Origin: an uncultured Dysgonomonas sp.
Lineage (GTDB): Bacteria; Bacteroidota; Bacteroidia; Bacteroidales; Dysgonomonadaceae
Assembly (NCBI GenBank): GCA_937995835.1
Contig: CALKIV010000002.1
Span: 813-64,812, forward strand
Length of the DNA: 64,000 nucleotides
Direction: 5' to 3'
How positions within the stretch are numbered: position 1 is the stretch's first letter; each line of letters begins with the position of its first letter. The position numbers were made by a program, and so were the translations under genes. The notes beneath the pieces are model-generated. The model ran no database searches, was not told the DNA's origin, and was given only the letters and a program-made list of their open reading frames with translations. Below are positions 26,694 through 36,730 of this stretch, one piece after another.

Positions 26694-26701
26694 TACCTTT
26701 G
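26694..26701 (+). promoter_or_regulatory. -7 promoter motif TACCTTTG upstream of ybaK
   Basis: Exact TAnnTTTG 44 nt before the ATG. Confidence 0.4.
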
Positions 26702-26744
26702 GTCGGACTACTAGAGTGAGTCTTTTGAAAGACATTTTAAAGAT

Positions 26745-27233
26745 ATGAGTAAACAAGAAAAGACAAATGCTGCACGACTTTTGGATGCAGAAAACATTGA
26801 ATACAATCTCATTCCCTATGAAGTAGACGAATCTGATTTAAGTGCAAAACATGTAGCTGATCAATTGGGTGAACCTGTAGATCAACTCTTCAAAACCTTA
26901 GTATTAAAGGGAAATAAGACAGGTCATTTTGTTTGTGTTGTACCAGGCGATCACGAGCTTGATTTAAAGAAAGCGGCTAAAGTATCGGATAACAAAAAAT
27001 GTGAAATGATTTTGATGAAAGATCTGCTAAACATCACTGGATATATCCGTGGAGCATGTTCTCCGGTTGGAATGAAAAAGAAATTTCCCACATATATTCA
27101 CAATTCTTGCAATAATTACAGCAAAATATACGTTAGTGCTGGTAAACGAGGATTGCAAATCGAAATTAAACCCGAAGATCTAATTCGAGTAATTAACATG
27201 AGCGTAGAAGACTTAATCTTAGTAGAAGAATAG
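26745..27233 (+). CDS. ybaK: Cys-tRNA(Pro)/Cys-tRNA(Cys) deacylase YbaK
   Basis: 162 aa. N-terminus KTNAARLLD...Y with a YbaK/EbsC editing-domain pattern (GACSPVG). Confidence 0.8.
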   Translation: MSKQEKTNAARLLDAENIEYNLIPYEVDESDLSAKHVADQLGEPVDQLFKTLVLKGNKTGHFVCVVPGDHELDLKKAAKVSDNKKCEMILMKDLLNITGYIRGACSPVGMKKKFPTYIHNSCNNYSKIYVSAGKRGLQIEIKPEDLIRVINMSVEDLILVEE

Positions 27234-27285
27234 TTTTATTTGAAACTATTATGTTAAAATTTTAGTTACTACTCTATAAAGCGAA

Positions 27286-27293
27286 TAACTTTG
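27286..27293 (+). promoter_or_regulatory. -7 promoter motif TAACTTTG upstream of the oxidoreductase operon
   Basis: Exact TAnnTTTG 44 nt before the ferredoxin-subunit ATG. Confidence 0.4.
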
Positions 27294-27336
27294 CGCTCTG
27301 TATTTGTGTTCTAAAGAAAATAGATAAATATATAAA

Positions 27337-27567
27337 ATGGCTAAAATAGTTGGAACAGTAGTGGTTAACGAAGGGCGATGCAAAGGTTGTAACCTTTGTG
27401 TTGTTTCCTGCCCAGTGGATGTACTGGAGCTAGAACCACAAAAAATAAATGCCAAAGGGTATCATTTCGTCTATATGAAAAACCCTGAGAAATGTATCGG
27501 CTGTGCAAATTGCGCTTATGTATGTCCCGATGCAGTACTAACAGTTTATAAAAAGAAAATAGAATAA
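27337..27567 (+). CDS. 2-oxoacid:ferredoxin oxidoreductase delta subunit (2x[4Fe-4S] ferredoxin)
   Basis: Two cluster motifs, CKGCNLCVVSCP and CIGCANCAYVCP. 76 aa. Confidence 0.85.
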   Translation: MAKIVGTVVVNEGRCKGCNLCVVSCPVDVLELEPQKINAKGYHFVYMKNPEKCIGCANCAYVCPDAVLTVYKKKIE

Positions 27568-27633
27568 AAACAGATATACGAATTATTGAAGTCAAGACGA
27601 AGACACAATGGTTCGTATTTTAATTTGATAAAC

Positions 27634-28716
27634 ATGTCTGAAGAAATATTCTTGATGAAAGGGAACGAAGCCATTGCCCACGCTGCCGTTAGATACGGTG
27701 CCGATGGTTATTTTGGCTACCCTATAACACCACAGTCCGAAATTCTGGAGACGCTAATGGATTTAGCACCTTGGAAAACAACTGGCATGGTGGTGATGCA
27801 AGCAGAAAGTGAATTAGCATCTGTTAATATGGTATATGGAGGAGCTGGATGTGGCAAAGCCGTATTCACCTCATCGTCTAGTCCGGGAATGAGTTTGATG
27901 CTCGAAGGAGTTTCTTACCTTGCCGGTGCAGAATTACCCTGCCTACTGATCAATGTGATGAGAGGTGGACCGGGACTGGGAACAATACAAGCCTCTCAGT
28001 CAGATTATTTTCAGGCAGTAAAAGGTGGTGGTCATGGAGACTACAACATGATTGTCTTGGCTCCTGCTTCGGTGCAAGAGATGGCTGACTTTGTGGTCAA
28101 AGGTTTTGACTATGCCTTCGAATATAGAAATCCTACGATGATCCTAGCCGATGGAGTCATCGGTCAAATGATGGAAAAAGTAACTCTACCTCCCTTCAGA
28201 CCAAGAAGAACAGACGATGAGATAAAAGCTAGCTGCCCATGGGCTTCTCTTGGTAGAAGAAAAGGGGATGCACCTTCGATCATCACTTCGATAGATTTGG
28301 ACTCTCAACGCATGGAAGAAAGAAACCTACATCTACAACGCAAGTATCAAGAGATAAAAGATAAAGTATGCCTTTATGAGGAAATAGAATGCGATGACGC
28401 AGAATATATCCTTGTGGCTTATGGCTCGTCTGCCAGAATATGCCGTAAGGCTGTTGAACTGGCAAGAGAGCAAGGAATCAAAGTAGGACTAATCCGTCCG
28501 ATCACGCTTTGGCCATTCCCTACCAAGATTATCCAAAACAGAATAGCCCAAGTGAAAGGCTTCTTGACTGTAGAGATGAGTGCCGGACAAATGGTAGAAG
28601 ATGTGAGACTGGCTGTAGAAGGACGCACGAAAGTAGACTTCTTTGGGCGTTTGGGTGGCATTATCCCTACCCCTGACGAAGTGGTACATGCTCTGAAAGA
28701 AAAGTTTAATTGCTAA
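27634..28716 (+). CDS. 2-oxoacid:ferredoxin oxidoreductase alpha subunit (Kor/Vor type)
   Basis: MKGNEAIAHAAVRYGADGYFGYPITPQSE is the typical N-terminus. The ATG at 27634 is preferred over the listed upstream TTG at 27586. Confidence 0.85.
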   Translation: MSEEIFLMKGNEAIAHAAVRYGADGYFGYPITPQSEILETLMDLAPWKTTGMVVMQAESELASVNMVYGGAGCGKAVFTSSSSPGMSLMLEGVSYLAGAELPCLLINVMRGGPGLGTIQASQSDYFQAVKGGGHGDYNMIVLAPASVQEMADFVVKGFDYAFEYRNPTMILADGVIGQMMEKVTLPPFRPRRTDDEIKASCPWASLGRRKGDAPSIITSIDLDSQRMEERNLHLQRKYQEIKDKVCLYEEIECDDAEYILVAYGSSARICRKAVELAREQGIKVGLIRPITLWPFPTKIIQNRIAQVKGFLTVEMSAGQMVEDVRLAVEGRTKVDFFGRLGGIIPTPDEVVHALKEKFNC

Positions 28717-28728
28717 AATTAAAAGAAA

Positions 28729-29496
28729 ATGAAGACAGATGTATATAATATAATCGACCCTAGCAATCTTGTTTATGCCAAACCAGTATTGATGAATGAC
28801 ACAGAGATGCACTATTGCCCTGGTTGCTCGCATGGCGTGGTACATAAAATCATTGGAGAAATAATCCAAGAATTGGGTTGGGAAGAAATCACGATAGGAA
28901 TAGCCCCAGTGGGCTGTGCCGTGTTTGCCTACAACTATCTGGATATAGACTGGCAAGAGGCTGCTCATGGTCGTGCTCCCGCTTTAGCAACGGCAGTGAA
29001 AAGACTGAATCCGACTAAAATGGTATTCACCTATCAAGGAGATGGTGACTTAGCTGCTATTGGTACTGCCGAAACCATCCATGCTGCCAATCGTGGCGAA
29101 AATATTGCTATCATATTCATCAATAACGGTATCTATGGAATGACTGGTGGTCAGATGGCTCCGACTACCCTAGAACACATGCAGACAGCCACATCGCCAA
29201 CAGGTAGAGATGTTGGCTTTACGGGACATCCTCTAAAGATTTCTGATCTTTTGGCTCAAATTGATAGTGTATGTCTAGCCACACGCACAGCTGTGCACAC
29301 AGCCGCTGCTGTCAAGAAGACCAAAAAGATGATCAGATTAGCATTCGAAAACTCGATGGCTGGCAAAGGAACTTCTATCGTAGAGGTGGTTTCTACTTGC
29401 AATATGGGATGGAAAATGACTCCTGATGCTGCAAACAAATGGATGGTGGAACACATGTTTCCAGTCTACCCGTTAGGAGATTTGAAAAACGTATAA
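28729..29496 (+). CDS. 2-oxoacid:ferredoxin oxidoreductase beta subunit (TPP-binding)
   Basis: Cys motif CPGCSHG plus the TPP motif YQGDGDLAAIG...FINNGIYGMTGGQ. Confidence 0.85.
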   Translation: MKTDVYNIIDPSNLVYAKPVLMNDTEMHYCPGCSHGVVHKIIGEIIQELGWEEITIGIAPVGCAVFAYNYLDIDWQEAAHGRAPALATAVKRLNPTKMVFTYQGDGDLAAIGTAETIHAANRGENIAIIFINNGIYGMTGGQMAPTTLEHMQTATSPTGRDVGFTGHPLKISDLLAQIDSVCLATRTAVHTAAAVKKTKKMIRLAFENSMAGKGTSIVEVVSTCNMGWKMTPDAANKWMVEHMFPVYPLGDLKNV

Positions 29497-29508
29497 AAAT
29501 TCAGAATA

Positions 29509-30051
29509 ATGACTCAAGAAATTATAATAGCAGGATTTGGAGGACAAGGTGTACTCTCTATGGGTAAAACTCTGGCCTATTCTGGATTGATGGAAAACAA
29601 AGAGGTGTCGTGGTATCCGTCTTATGGACCCGAACAACGTGGTGGGACATCTAACGTTACGGTCATTCTCAGCGATAAGATGATCAGCTCGCCTATTGTC
29701 AACTCTTTCGATGTAGCTATCATATTAAATCAGCCATCGCTAGACAAATTTGAAAAGACTGTAAAACCGGGTGGAATCCTTATTTTCGACCCTAATGGGA
29801 TACAAAACTTCCCTACCAGAAAAGATATTCAAATCTACTCAATTGCGGCAAATGACGCTGCAATAGAGTTAGAGAATTCTAAAATCATGAATATGATTGT
29901 TCTTGGTGGAGTACTTAAAGTTGCGCCAATGGTATCCATAGAAGGAGTAATGAGTGGATTGAAAAACTCACTTCCTGAGCGCCACCACAAGCTTCTCCCA
30001 ATAAATGAAAAGGCTTTGAACAAAGGTATGGAAATTATAGAGAGGCTATAG
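29509..30051 (+). CDS. 2-oxoacid:ferredoxin oxidoreductase gamma subunit
   Basis: IIIAGFGGQGVLSMGK N-terminus. 180 aa; last gene of the operon. Confidence 0.85.
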   Translation: MTQEIIIAGFGGQGVLSMGKTLAYSGLMENKEVSWYPSYGPEQRGGTSNVTVILSDKMISSPIVNSFDVAIILNQPSLDKFEKTVKPGGILIFDPNGIQNFPTRKDIQIYSIAANDAAIELENSKIMNMIVLGGVLKVAPMVSIEGVMSGLKNSLPERHHKLLPINEKALNKGMEIIERL

Positions 30052-30073
30052 AACAATTTAGACTGAAGATATA

Positions 30074-30116
30074 AAACTGGGGGCATTTAATTTGTAATTA
30101 AAGCCTCCAGTTTTTT
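30074..30116 (+). terminator. Intrinsic terminator after the oxidoreductase operon
   Basis: 10-bp stem AAACTGGGGG/CCTCCAGTTT (one G-U pair) followed by a T-run. Confidence 0.65.
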
Positions 30117-30163
30117 CATAAGCTACTGCCAAGTGAAATATTTAGCACATAATTTATTATCTT

Positions 30164-30171
30164 TATATTTG
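30164..30171 (+). promoter_or_regulatory. -7 promoter motif TATATTTG upstream of the acyltransferase pair
   Basis: Exact TAnnTTTG. It argues against the listed TTG start at 30183 and for the ATG at 30213. Confidence 0.4.
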
Positions 30172-30212
30172 CAGTCTATTTTTTGATAGATGTAGTTTTG
30201 ACAAAAATAAAG

Positions 30213-31034
30213 ATGGAACAAAAACCTTTTTTGATAGATTTAGATGCAGTCCTGAGATCGAAGGCTCCAAAGCTGGCGAATAAACTGCCACGTTTTGTTA
30301 TAAATTATTTCAAGCGCATAATCCATCAAGATGAGCTTAATCACATCTTGACCATCTATGCCGACAAAAAAGGGGTAGACTTCATGGATGCCTGTGTAAA
30401 ATATTTTGATCTGACTCTCAATATAGAAGGACTAGATAAGATAGATAAAAGTGGTAGATATATTTTTGCTTCCAATCACCCACTTGGAGGTTTAGATGGA
30501 ATCTGCCTTTCTTCGATTTTGGGCAATAAGTTTGACAAAAAAATAAAATATGTTGTCAATGACTTTTTATATTATATAGAAAATCTCAAACCTATTTTCC
30601 TACCTGTCAACAAACATGGAGCACAATCGAGACAAGCCATGGAGGAGTCGTCCACGGCCTTCAACTCTGACAATCAGATCATAACATTTCCTGCAGGAGT
30701 TTGTTCTCGCAGAAAAAAAGGAGTTATAAAAGATTTACAATGGAAGAAATCTTTTATTCATAAAGCAATAGAAACTGAAAGAAATATAGTGCCGGTCTAT
30801 TTTGAGGCTAGAAATTCAAATTTCTTTTATAAATTTGCTAACTTAAGAGAATTGTTTGGTATTAAATTCAATGCTGAGATGGTCTTCCTCGCTGATGAAA
30901 TGTTCAAGAACAAAGGAAGAACATTTACTATTACGTTTGGACAACCTATCCCCTATTCGCACTTTGACAAAAGTAGAAGCACAACAGAGTGGGCGAGCTA
31001 TGTAAAAGAAATAGCATACAGTTTAAAAAAGTAA
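30213..31034 (+). CDS. Lysophospholipid (PlsC-type) acyltransferase; O-acyltransferase of the glycine/aminolipid pathway (GlsA-like)
   Basis: Acyltransferase motif SNHPLGGLDG and a later FPAG box. It is paired with an OlsB-like N-acyltransferase 17 nt downstream. Confidence 0.7.
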   Translation: MEQKPFLIDLDAVLRSKAPKLANKLPRFVINYFKRIIHQDELNHILTIYADKKGVDFMDACVKYFDLTLNIEGLDKIDKSGRYIFASNHPLGGLDGICLSSILGNKFDKKIKYVVNDFLYYIENLKPIFLPVNKHGAQSRQAMEESSTAFNSDNQIITFPAGVCSRRKKGVIKDLQWKKSFIHKAIETERNIVPVYFEARNSNFFYKFANLRELFGIKFNAEMVFLADEMFKNKGRTFTITFGQPIPYSHFDKSRSTTEWASYVKEIAYSLKK

Positions 31035-31051
31035 CTGAAACAAAAAGTTAG

Positions 31052-32071
31052 ATGGAAAAAATCATTTCTCCAATAAGCAAGGATCTCTTGAAAGCTGAAC
31101 TAACTAAGAATAAACTTCTTAGAAAAACGAATAAAGCTGACAATGAGATTTATATTATCTCGCACCACAACTCACCTAACGTGATGCTGGAGCTAGGACG
31201 TCTGCGCGAAATCGCTTTTCGAGCTGGAGGAGGAGGAACAGGCAAAGCTGTTGACATTGATGAGTTTGATACTATGGAGAACCCATACAAGCAACTTCTA
31301 GTCTGGAATCCTGATGCTGAAGAAATCCTTGGAGGATATAGATTTATCGCCGGCCCCGATGTAAAATTCGACGAGACCGGAGAACCTATGCTAGCCACAT
31401 CCCACTTATTCAACTTCTCTGAAAAATTTATTACAGACTACCTACCCTATACACTTGAGTTGGGGCGTTCTTTCGTCACACTTGAGTATCAATCTACTAG
31501 AGCAGGGTCAAAAGGACTTTTTGCCCTAGACAATCTTTGGGATGGCTTGGGAGCACTCATTGTAGCAGAGCCTTCTATGAAGTATTTTTTTGGCAAGGTC
31601 ACGATGTATGACAGCTTCGACACCACTGCACGAGACATGATCCTGTACTTCTTAAACAAACATTTTCCCGACCCCGATCAATTGGTAACACCTAAGGAGG
31701 CATTGAAACTAATATCCGATCCGGAGACATTGCGCCACACCTTTATTGACGGAAGCTTTAAGGGAGATTATAAAATACTGAATACCACAGTCAGAAAACT
31801 GGGATACAATATCCCCCCATTGGTCAATGCTTATATGAGTCTTTCGCCCCAGATGAAGGTCTTTGGAACAGCCATCAACTATGAGTTTGGGAATGTGGAG
31901 GAAACAGGAATCTTGATCAATAAAGACGAGATATTAGAAGAAAAGAAAAAGAGACATATCGAATCGTATGTGCTGACTAAGCCTTCGCAACGATTTATGA
32001 ATCGACTGCGCAAAATGATCAACTGGAGCTGGACTAAAGAAGGATCTGCCAACAGAACAAAATCGAAATGA
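31052..32071 (+). CDS. GNAT-fold N-acyltransferase, OlsB/hemolysin-like (GlsB-like glycine-lipid N-acyltransferase)
   Basis: 339 aa. LGRLREIAFRAGGGGTGKAVDIDEFD is typical of OlsB-like aminolipid N-acyltransferases. Confidence 0.7.
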   Translation: MEKIISPISKDLLKAELTKNKLLRKTNKADNEIYIISHHNSPNVMLELGRLREIAFRAGGGGTGKAVDIDEFDTMENPYKQLLVWNPDAEEILGGYRFIAGPDVKFDETGEPMLATSHLFNFSEKFITDYLPYTLELGRSFVTLEYQSTRAGSKGLFALDNLWDGLGALIVAEPSMKYFFGKVTMYDSFDTTARDMILYFLNKHFPDPDQLVTPKEALKLISDPETLRHTFIDGSFKGDYKILNTTVRKLGYNIPPLVNAYMSLSPQMKVFGTAINYEFGNVEETGILINKDEILEEKKKRHIESYVLTKPSQRFMNRLRKMINWSWTKEGSANRTKSK

Positions 32072-32637
32072 GTTTTACACAATACGAGATAATTTTAGCC
32101 TCGAATTCTCCTCGCAGAAAGGAGCTTCTCACAGGACTAGACATAGACTACAAAATTGCAATACTGCCAGATATTGATGAATCATATCCAACGCATCTGA
32201 AAGGTAAAGAGATTGCTGAATATGTGGCACAAAAGAAAGCCAAGGCATATTCGTTAAATGACAACAACCTGCTAATCACTGCCGATACCATCGTCTTATT
32301 AGGTGAAAAGGTACTTGGCAAGCCTAAAGATTTGGATGATGCCAAAAGAATGTTGACTGAATTATCTGGACAAAGTCATATTGTGGCAACCGGTGTATGC
32401 ATCACCACCAACAAGAAAAGCCATTCCTTTGCCGTCACTTCCGAAGTAAGATTTGCTCAACTATCTAAAGATGAAATAGACTATTATGTGGATAAATACA
32501 AACCACTAGACAAAGCAGGTGCCTATGGTGTACAAGAATGGATAGGCTACATCGCTGTTGAATATATCTCTGGCTCGTACTACAACATTATGGGACTACC
32601 CGTTCAGAAATTATATCAGGAATTGAAAAAGTTCTAA
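32068..32637 (+). CDS. maf: Maf family nucleoside triphosphate pyrophosphatase
   Basis: ILASNSPRRKELL N-terminus, ADT, and a GAYGVQ motif. 189 aa. It overlaps the upstream stop. Confidence 0.9.
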   Translation: MSFTQYEIILASNSPRRKELLTGLDIDYKIAILPDIDESYPTHLKGKEIAEYVAQKKAKAYSLNDNNLLITADTIVLLGEKVLGKPKDLDDAKRMLTELSGQSHIVATGVCITTNKKSHSFAVTSEVRFAQLSKDEIDYYVDKYKPLDKAGAYGVQEWIGYIAVEYISGSYYNIMGLPVQKLYQELKKF

Positions 32638-32646
32638 TCCACGAAT

Positions 32647-33486
32647 TTACTTTTGGCTACTTAAAACACTTTGCAAAATACTTTTTGCATTCATCTCTGC
32701 ATTTCCGTGCTGTGCTGTATAGCTCAATGCTTGGGTTACAACCTGAGCAGCTATTGTGGCTGATGATACAATACTTCTGCCCATTGCCAATTGAGATGTT
32801 GTCACTGCAGCAAAAAGATCTCCAGTACCGGTGGTCACCATATCCACTTTGTCCGAAAGGATAGAGTGATACTCCCCTTCTGTCACTATCAAAGATTGTA
32901 TTTTACCTTCAGGCGTATTATCCAGATCACAGCTCGTAATAATAATTGTCTTATTTTTCAATATCGGATGAGTAGAAACAGCCTCTAGTATCTCATCAAC
33001 TGATCGAGCCTTTTTTCCAATAATATATTCAAATTCAAAATGATTGGGAGTCATTATATCACAAAGAGGAAGAAGTTTAGCAATGATTTTTTGTGCCAAA
33101 TCTTCAGCAATATACAGACCTTCATCATCCCCCATCACAGGATCGCAAATGTAAAGTCGGTCTGCATTTTTTGACTTTATTTCCGATATCAGATTAGCCG
33201 TAGAGTCTACAATTTCTTCTGCTCCAATATAGCCAGTGACCATATGTGCCACTTGACCAAGAATATCTAAATTTTTGATACCCGTTATCAAATCATCAAA
33301 AAGTTTTTTCTCTATCCGTGCGCCATAAACAGGTTGATGTCCAGTGTGCGCTGATAAATAGACAGTTGGCAGTGCTATAACGTCTAACCCATGCAACTGA
33401 ATAGCTAGTTCAGCAATATTATTACCCACATAGCCATACACAAGCTTGCTCTGAATCGACAAAATTTTATCTCTCATTCTATACAA
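32647..33486 (-). CDS. pdxK: Pyridoxal/pyridoxamine kinase (PdxK/PdxY family)
   Basis: ILSIQSKLVYGYVGNNIA...LSAHTGH N-terminus and a ribokinase-fold C-terminal GTGDLF motif. Confidence 0.8.
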   Translation of the reverse strand: MYRMRDKILSIQSKLVYGYVGNNIAELAIQLHGLDVIALPTVYLSAHTGHQPVYGARIEKKLFDDLITGIKNLDILGQVAHMVTGYIGAEEIVDSTANLISEIKSKNADRLYICDPVMGDDEGLYIAEDLAQKIIAKLLPLCDIMTPNHFEFEYIIGKKARSVDEILEAVSTHPILKNKTIIITSCDLDNTPEGKIQSLIVTEGEYHSILSDKVDMVTTGTGDLFAAVTTSQLAMGRSIVSSATIAAQVVTQALSYTAQHGNAEMNAKSILQSVLSSQK

Positions 33487-33617
33487 TATCTTAGAAAGTG
33501 TAAATTAACAGCTTTTTTATGACAATTACAGATATACTAACAAACAATTACAAAACACTGATATAGATTATTTCTCTCAGATCACAAAGTTTATTTTTTC
33601 GTATTAAAAAGATATTG

Positions 33618-33625
33618 TATCTTTG
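33618..33625 (+). promoter_or_regulatory. -7 promoter motif TATCTTTG upstream of GH28
   Basis: Exact TAnnTTTG about 53 nt before the ORF start. Confidence 0.4.
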
Positions 33626-33677
33626 GCAATTCTATAAACCAATGATAAACAGACAATTGAAATATTAATTTTAACCA

Positions 33678-35117
33678 ATGATTTTTATGCGAAAAAGAAA
33701 TGTTTTTGTAGCAATAATCTCACTTTGCAGTTTATTGTTAGCCACAAGTTGCTCTACAAACAAACAGACAGCAAGTGATTCTCCATGGGATCAGCTAGAT
33801 TCGCTTTTAGCTCGAATACAAGCTCCTCAATTCCCTGATAAAGATTTTAAAGTAACAGACTTTGGTGCTGTGGGAGATGGAAAAACGAACTGTAGCGATG
33901 CTTTCAAGAAAGCTATTGAAGCTTGCAACAACGAGGGTGGAGGACGTGTAGTGGTACCTGCAGGTAGATTCTATACTGGACCGATTTATCTAAAAAGCAA
34001 CGTAAATCTTCATCTTGAAGAAGGAGCAACGATTGCTTTCTCAACCAATCCGAAAGACTATTTACCATTAGTATACACTCGTTGGGAAGGTGTAGAATTG
34101 ATGAATTACTCTCCACTGATCTATTCTTTTGAAGAAAAGAATATTGCCATCACTGGTAAAGGAACATTAGATGGATGTGCAACTAGCGAAAACTGGTGGC
34201 CGTGGAAAGGAAAAACTGCTTATGGATGGAAAGAAGGCATGGAACACCAAAACTCAGAAGGAAGACGCCCTGCCCTATTCGAAATGGGAGAAAAAGGTAT
34301 GCCTGTGGCTGAAAGAGTCTTTGGAGAAGGCTTCTACCTACGCCCACAATTCGTACAGCCATATAAATGCGAAAATATCTTGATAGAAGGAGTTACAATC
34401 ACAAATTCTCCAATGTGGATACTAAATCCTGTACTATGCACAAATCTAACTATCCAAGGTGTGCACGTAAACAGTGAAGGTCCTAATACAGATGGATGCG
34501 ACCCTGAGTCTTGCAAAGATGTATTAATAAAAGACTGCTATTTCAATACCGGAGACGATTGTATTGCTATCAAATCAGGAAGAAACGCTGACGGTAGACG
34601 CATTGGTGTGCCTTCTGAAAACATTATCATCCAAGGATGCTCGATGGTTAATGGACACGGAGGCGTTGTGATGGGTAGCGAAATATCTGGAGGTGTACGT
34701 AACTTGTTTGCTGAAGATTGCAAGATGAGCAGCCCACTTCTTGACAGAGCACTACGTATCAAGACTAGTTCGAACAGAGGTGGAACAATAGAAAATATCT
34801 ACATGAGAAATGTTGAAGTTGGTCAAATCAAAGAAGAGGCCATCATCATTACTATGTTCTACGAAGATAAAGGCGAGTTTATGCCAACCATCAGAAATAT
34901 ACAAGTTGATAATTTGACTGTTAAACAAGGTGGTAAGATTGGTATCAGAATGGAAGCTTATGCTGAATCACCAATCACAGGGGTTCGCTTGAACAATGTA
35001 AATATCGAGACTTCAGAAAAGCCATATCAGATGAAGAATGTAAAAGGCATCACATTTGACAATGTAAAGGTTAACGGAGAGTTACTTTCTGTTAATGATT
35101 TGGTGATAGAAGAGTAA
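33678..35117 (+). CDS. Glycoside hydrolase family 28 (polygalacturonase-like), secreted lipoprotein
   Basis: Signal with LLATSC lipobox. GH28 catalytic motifs NTDGCDP, GDDCIAIKSG, GHGG and RIKT. An alternative start is MRKRN at 33687. Confidence 0.85.
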   Translation: MIFMRKRNVFVAIISLCSLLLATSCSTNKQTASDSPWDQLDSLLARIQAPQFPDKDFKVTDFGAVGDGKTNCSDAFKKAIEACNNEGGGRVVVPAGRFYTGPIYLKSNVNLHLEEGATIAFSTNPKDYLPLVYTRWEGVELMNYSPLIYSFEEKNIAITGKGTLDGCATSENWWPWKGKTAYGWKEGMEHQNSEGRRPALFEMGEKGMPVAERVFGEGFYLRPQFVQPYKCENILIEGVTITNSPMWILNPVLCTNLTIQGVHVNSEGPNTDGCDPESCKDVLIKDCYFNTGDDCIAIKSGRNADGRRIGVPSENIIIQGCSMVNGHGGVVMGSEISGGVRNLFAEDCKMSSPLLDRALRIKTSSNRGGTIENIYMRNVEVGQIKEEAIIITMFYEDKGEFMPTIRNIQVDNLTVKQGGKIGIRMEAYAESPITGVRLNNVNIETSEKPYQMKNVKGITFDNVKVNGELLSVNDLVIEE

Positions 35118-35141
35118 GCTCTTATATCTCAAATAAATGAT

Positions 35142-35177
35142 AAAACAGGTTGTAATAAGGATATTACAACCTGTTTT
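35142..35177. terminator. Bidirectional terminator between GH28 and fucP
   Basis: Perfect 16-bp stem AAAACAGGTTGTAATA/TATTACAACCTGTTTT with a 4-nt loop. Confidence 0.75.
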
Positions 35178-35192
35178 ATATTATCTATCATC

Positions 35193-36515
35193 TTATTCTT
35201 TTATTTTACTACCTATAAAACCAAAAAAGGAAATATAAGCAAAACAGATCAGAGGAACAACGAAGCCTATATTCATCTGTTCTTCTCCTAAATATCCCAT
35301 CAGCATGGGAGCAATAGCTCCTCCAACTATCATAAGAACCAATATAGAAGAGCCTGTTTTAGTCTTTGCCCCTAGCTTTCTTAGTGCTAAAGCGAATATA
35401 GTAGGGAACATGATAGACATAAACAAATAACAAGCTATCAAGGCTATAATTCCAAAGCGATCGTGCAAAAGGGACACAAATAGCATCAACACAGTATTAA
35501 TCAAAGCAAAGATTCCTAACACCTTACTAGCATCTATCTTTTTCATCGCCAGACTACCCACAAAACGTCCCACGGCAAAAAGGCTCATACCTCCTAATCC
35601 GAGCAACAATCCCCCTTGCAATTCATTAATACCTAGTCCCTCCACTTCTCTACAATAATTTATAAAGAAACTACCAATGCCTGTTTGCGCTGCTACATAC
35701 ATAAACTGCGCAATCACTGCCAAGACGAAATGACGCTGCTTCCAAAGAGGTTTTTCTGCTGATCTTTCATCCAAATCAGTACTATCTTCCACTGAAATTT
35801 CCGGTAACTTTGTGAAAAGAAATAAAATAAGGACCAAAACGACAAGCACTCCTAGCCCGGCGTAAGGTACTATCAATGCAGAGTTGTCCGTAACACTTTC
35901 TTCCACAATTTTAGCTACAGACACTGCTACTTCTCCCGATCCTGTAAAAACCTTACCAAGAGCGTCAAAAAGTAGCTCTATGATGGATTTGTCAGATTCA
36001 TTCTTAAAAATTAATATAGAGCCTACCAAAGGGCCACATATCCAACCTAAAGCATTGAAGGTCTGTGCTAAATTAATTCTACTTGCTGATGTCTCAGGAG
36101 GACCTAAAACAATAGTATAGGGGTTTGCCACAGTTTCTAAGCAAGTTAATCCTGCAAACAGAATCAGTAATCCGAGCAAAAACGCCCAAAACTCATTGAT
36201 ATCCACTGCCGGAATAAAGCAGAAAGCACCTATAGCGAACAAACTAAGGCCTACAATAATACCTCTCTTATATCCATATAAACGAGCAATGACACCTGCA
36301 GGAAGAGCCATTAGAAAATATGCTCCGTAAGCAGACATTTGCACAGCTGCAGATTGAGTTTTAGAAAGTTGTAATGAATCTTGAAAATGTGCATTCAGTA
36401 TATCAAGCAAGCTATGTGCAAAGCCCCACATAAAAAACAAGCTTGTAACCAGTATAAAAGGGAAAGCATAATTCTGCCCTTGAGGACCGACAAAAAGAGA
36501 TTCTTTGTTTTTCAT
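35193..36515 (-). CDS. fucP: L-fucose:H+ symporter permease (MFS, FucP/GluP family)
   Basis: 440 aa, 12 TM helices, sugar-MFS pattern. It lies immediately downstream of fucI. Confidence 0.75.
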   Translation of the reverse strand: MKNKESLFVGPQGQNYAFPFILVTSLFFMWGFAHSLLDILNAHFQDSLQLSKTQSAAVQMSAYGAYFLMALPAGVIARLYGYKRGIIVGLSLFAIGAFCFIPAVDINEFWAFLLGLLILFAGLTCLETVANPYTIVLGPPETSASRINLAQTFNALGWICGPLVGSILIFKNESDKSIIELLFDALGKVFTGSGEVAVSVAKIVEESVTDNSALIVPYAGLGVLVVLVLILFLFTKLPEISVEDSTDLDERSAEKPLWKQRHFVLAVIAQFMYVAAQTGIGSFFINYCREVEGLGINELQGGLLLGLGGMSLFAVGRFVGSLAMKKIDASKVLGIFALINTVLMLFVSLLHDRFGIIALIACYLFMSIMFPTIFALALRKLGAKTKTGSSILVLMIVGGAIAPMLMGYLGEEQMNIGFVVPLICFAYISFFGFIGSKIKE

Positions 36516-36671
36516 TATTTTTGGGTATTATTTTCTTACTCACAATAGAAGAGCAATAGATTTAAGTTCGTAGAGCTATTTAGGTGTCCATCCAAGCACA
36601 ACTATCACTGCAAGCTACGGTTTTTTGGAATACAATATTAAATACTTGCATTTAATCATAAGGTTGAAGAT

Positions 36672-36715
36672 AAAAAAACTTGACAGATAATTCAAGTAGA
36701 ATTATTCTGCCAAGC
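36672..36715 (-). terminator. Hairpin plus T-run between fucI and fucP (internal attenuator or terminator)
   Basis: The minus strand reads CTTGGCAGAATAATTC-loop-GAATTATCTGTCAAG followed by TTTTTTT. The stem is imperfect. Confidence 0.5.
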
Positions 36716-36730
36716 TCTTTTTAGTATATT

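Noticed and set aside
28489-28968. 159-aa minus-strand ORF spanning the oxidoreductase alpha/beta junction
   Set aside because: It is antisense to two strongly supported genes and has no recognisable domain. I treat it as a shadow ORF.
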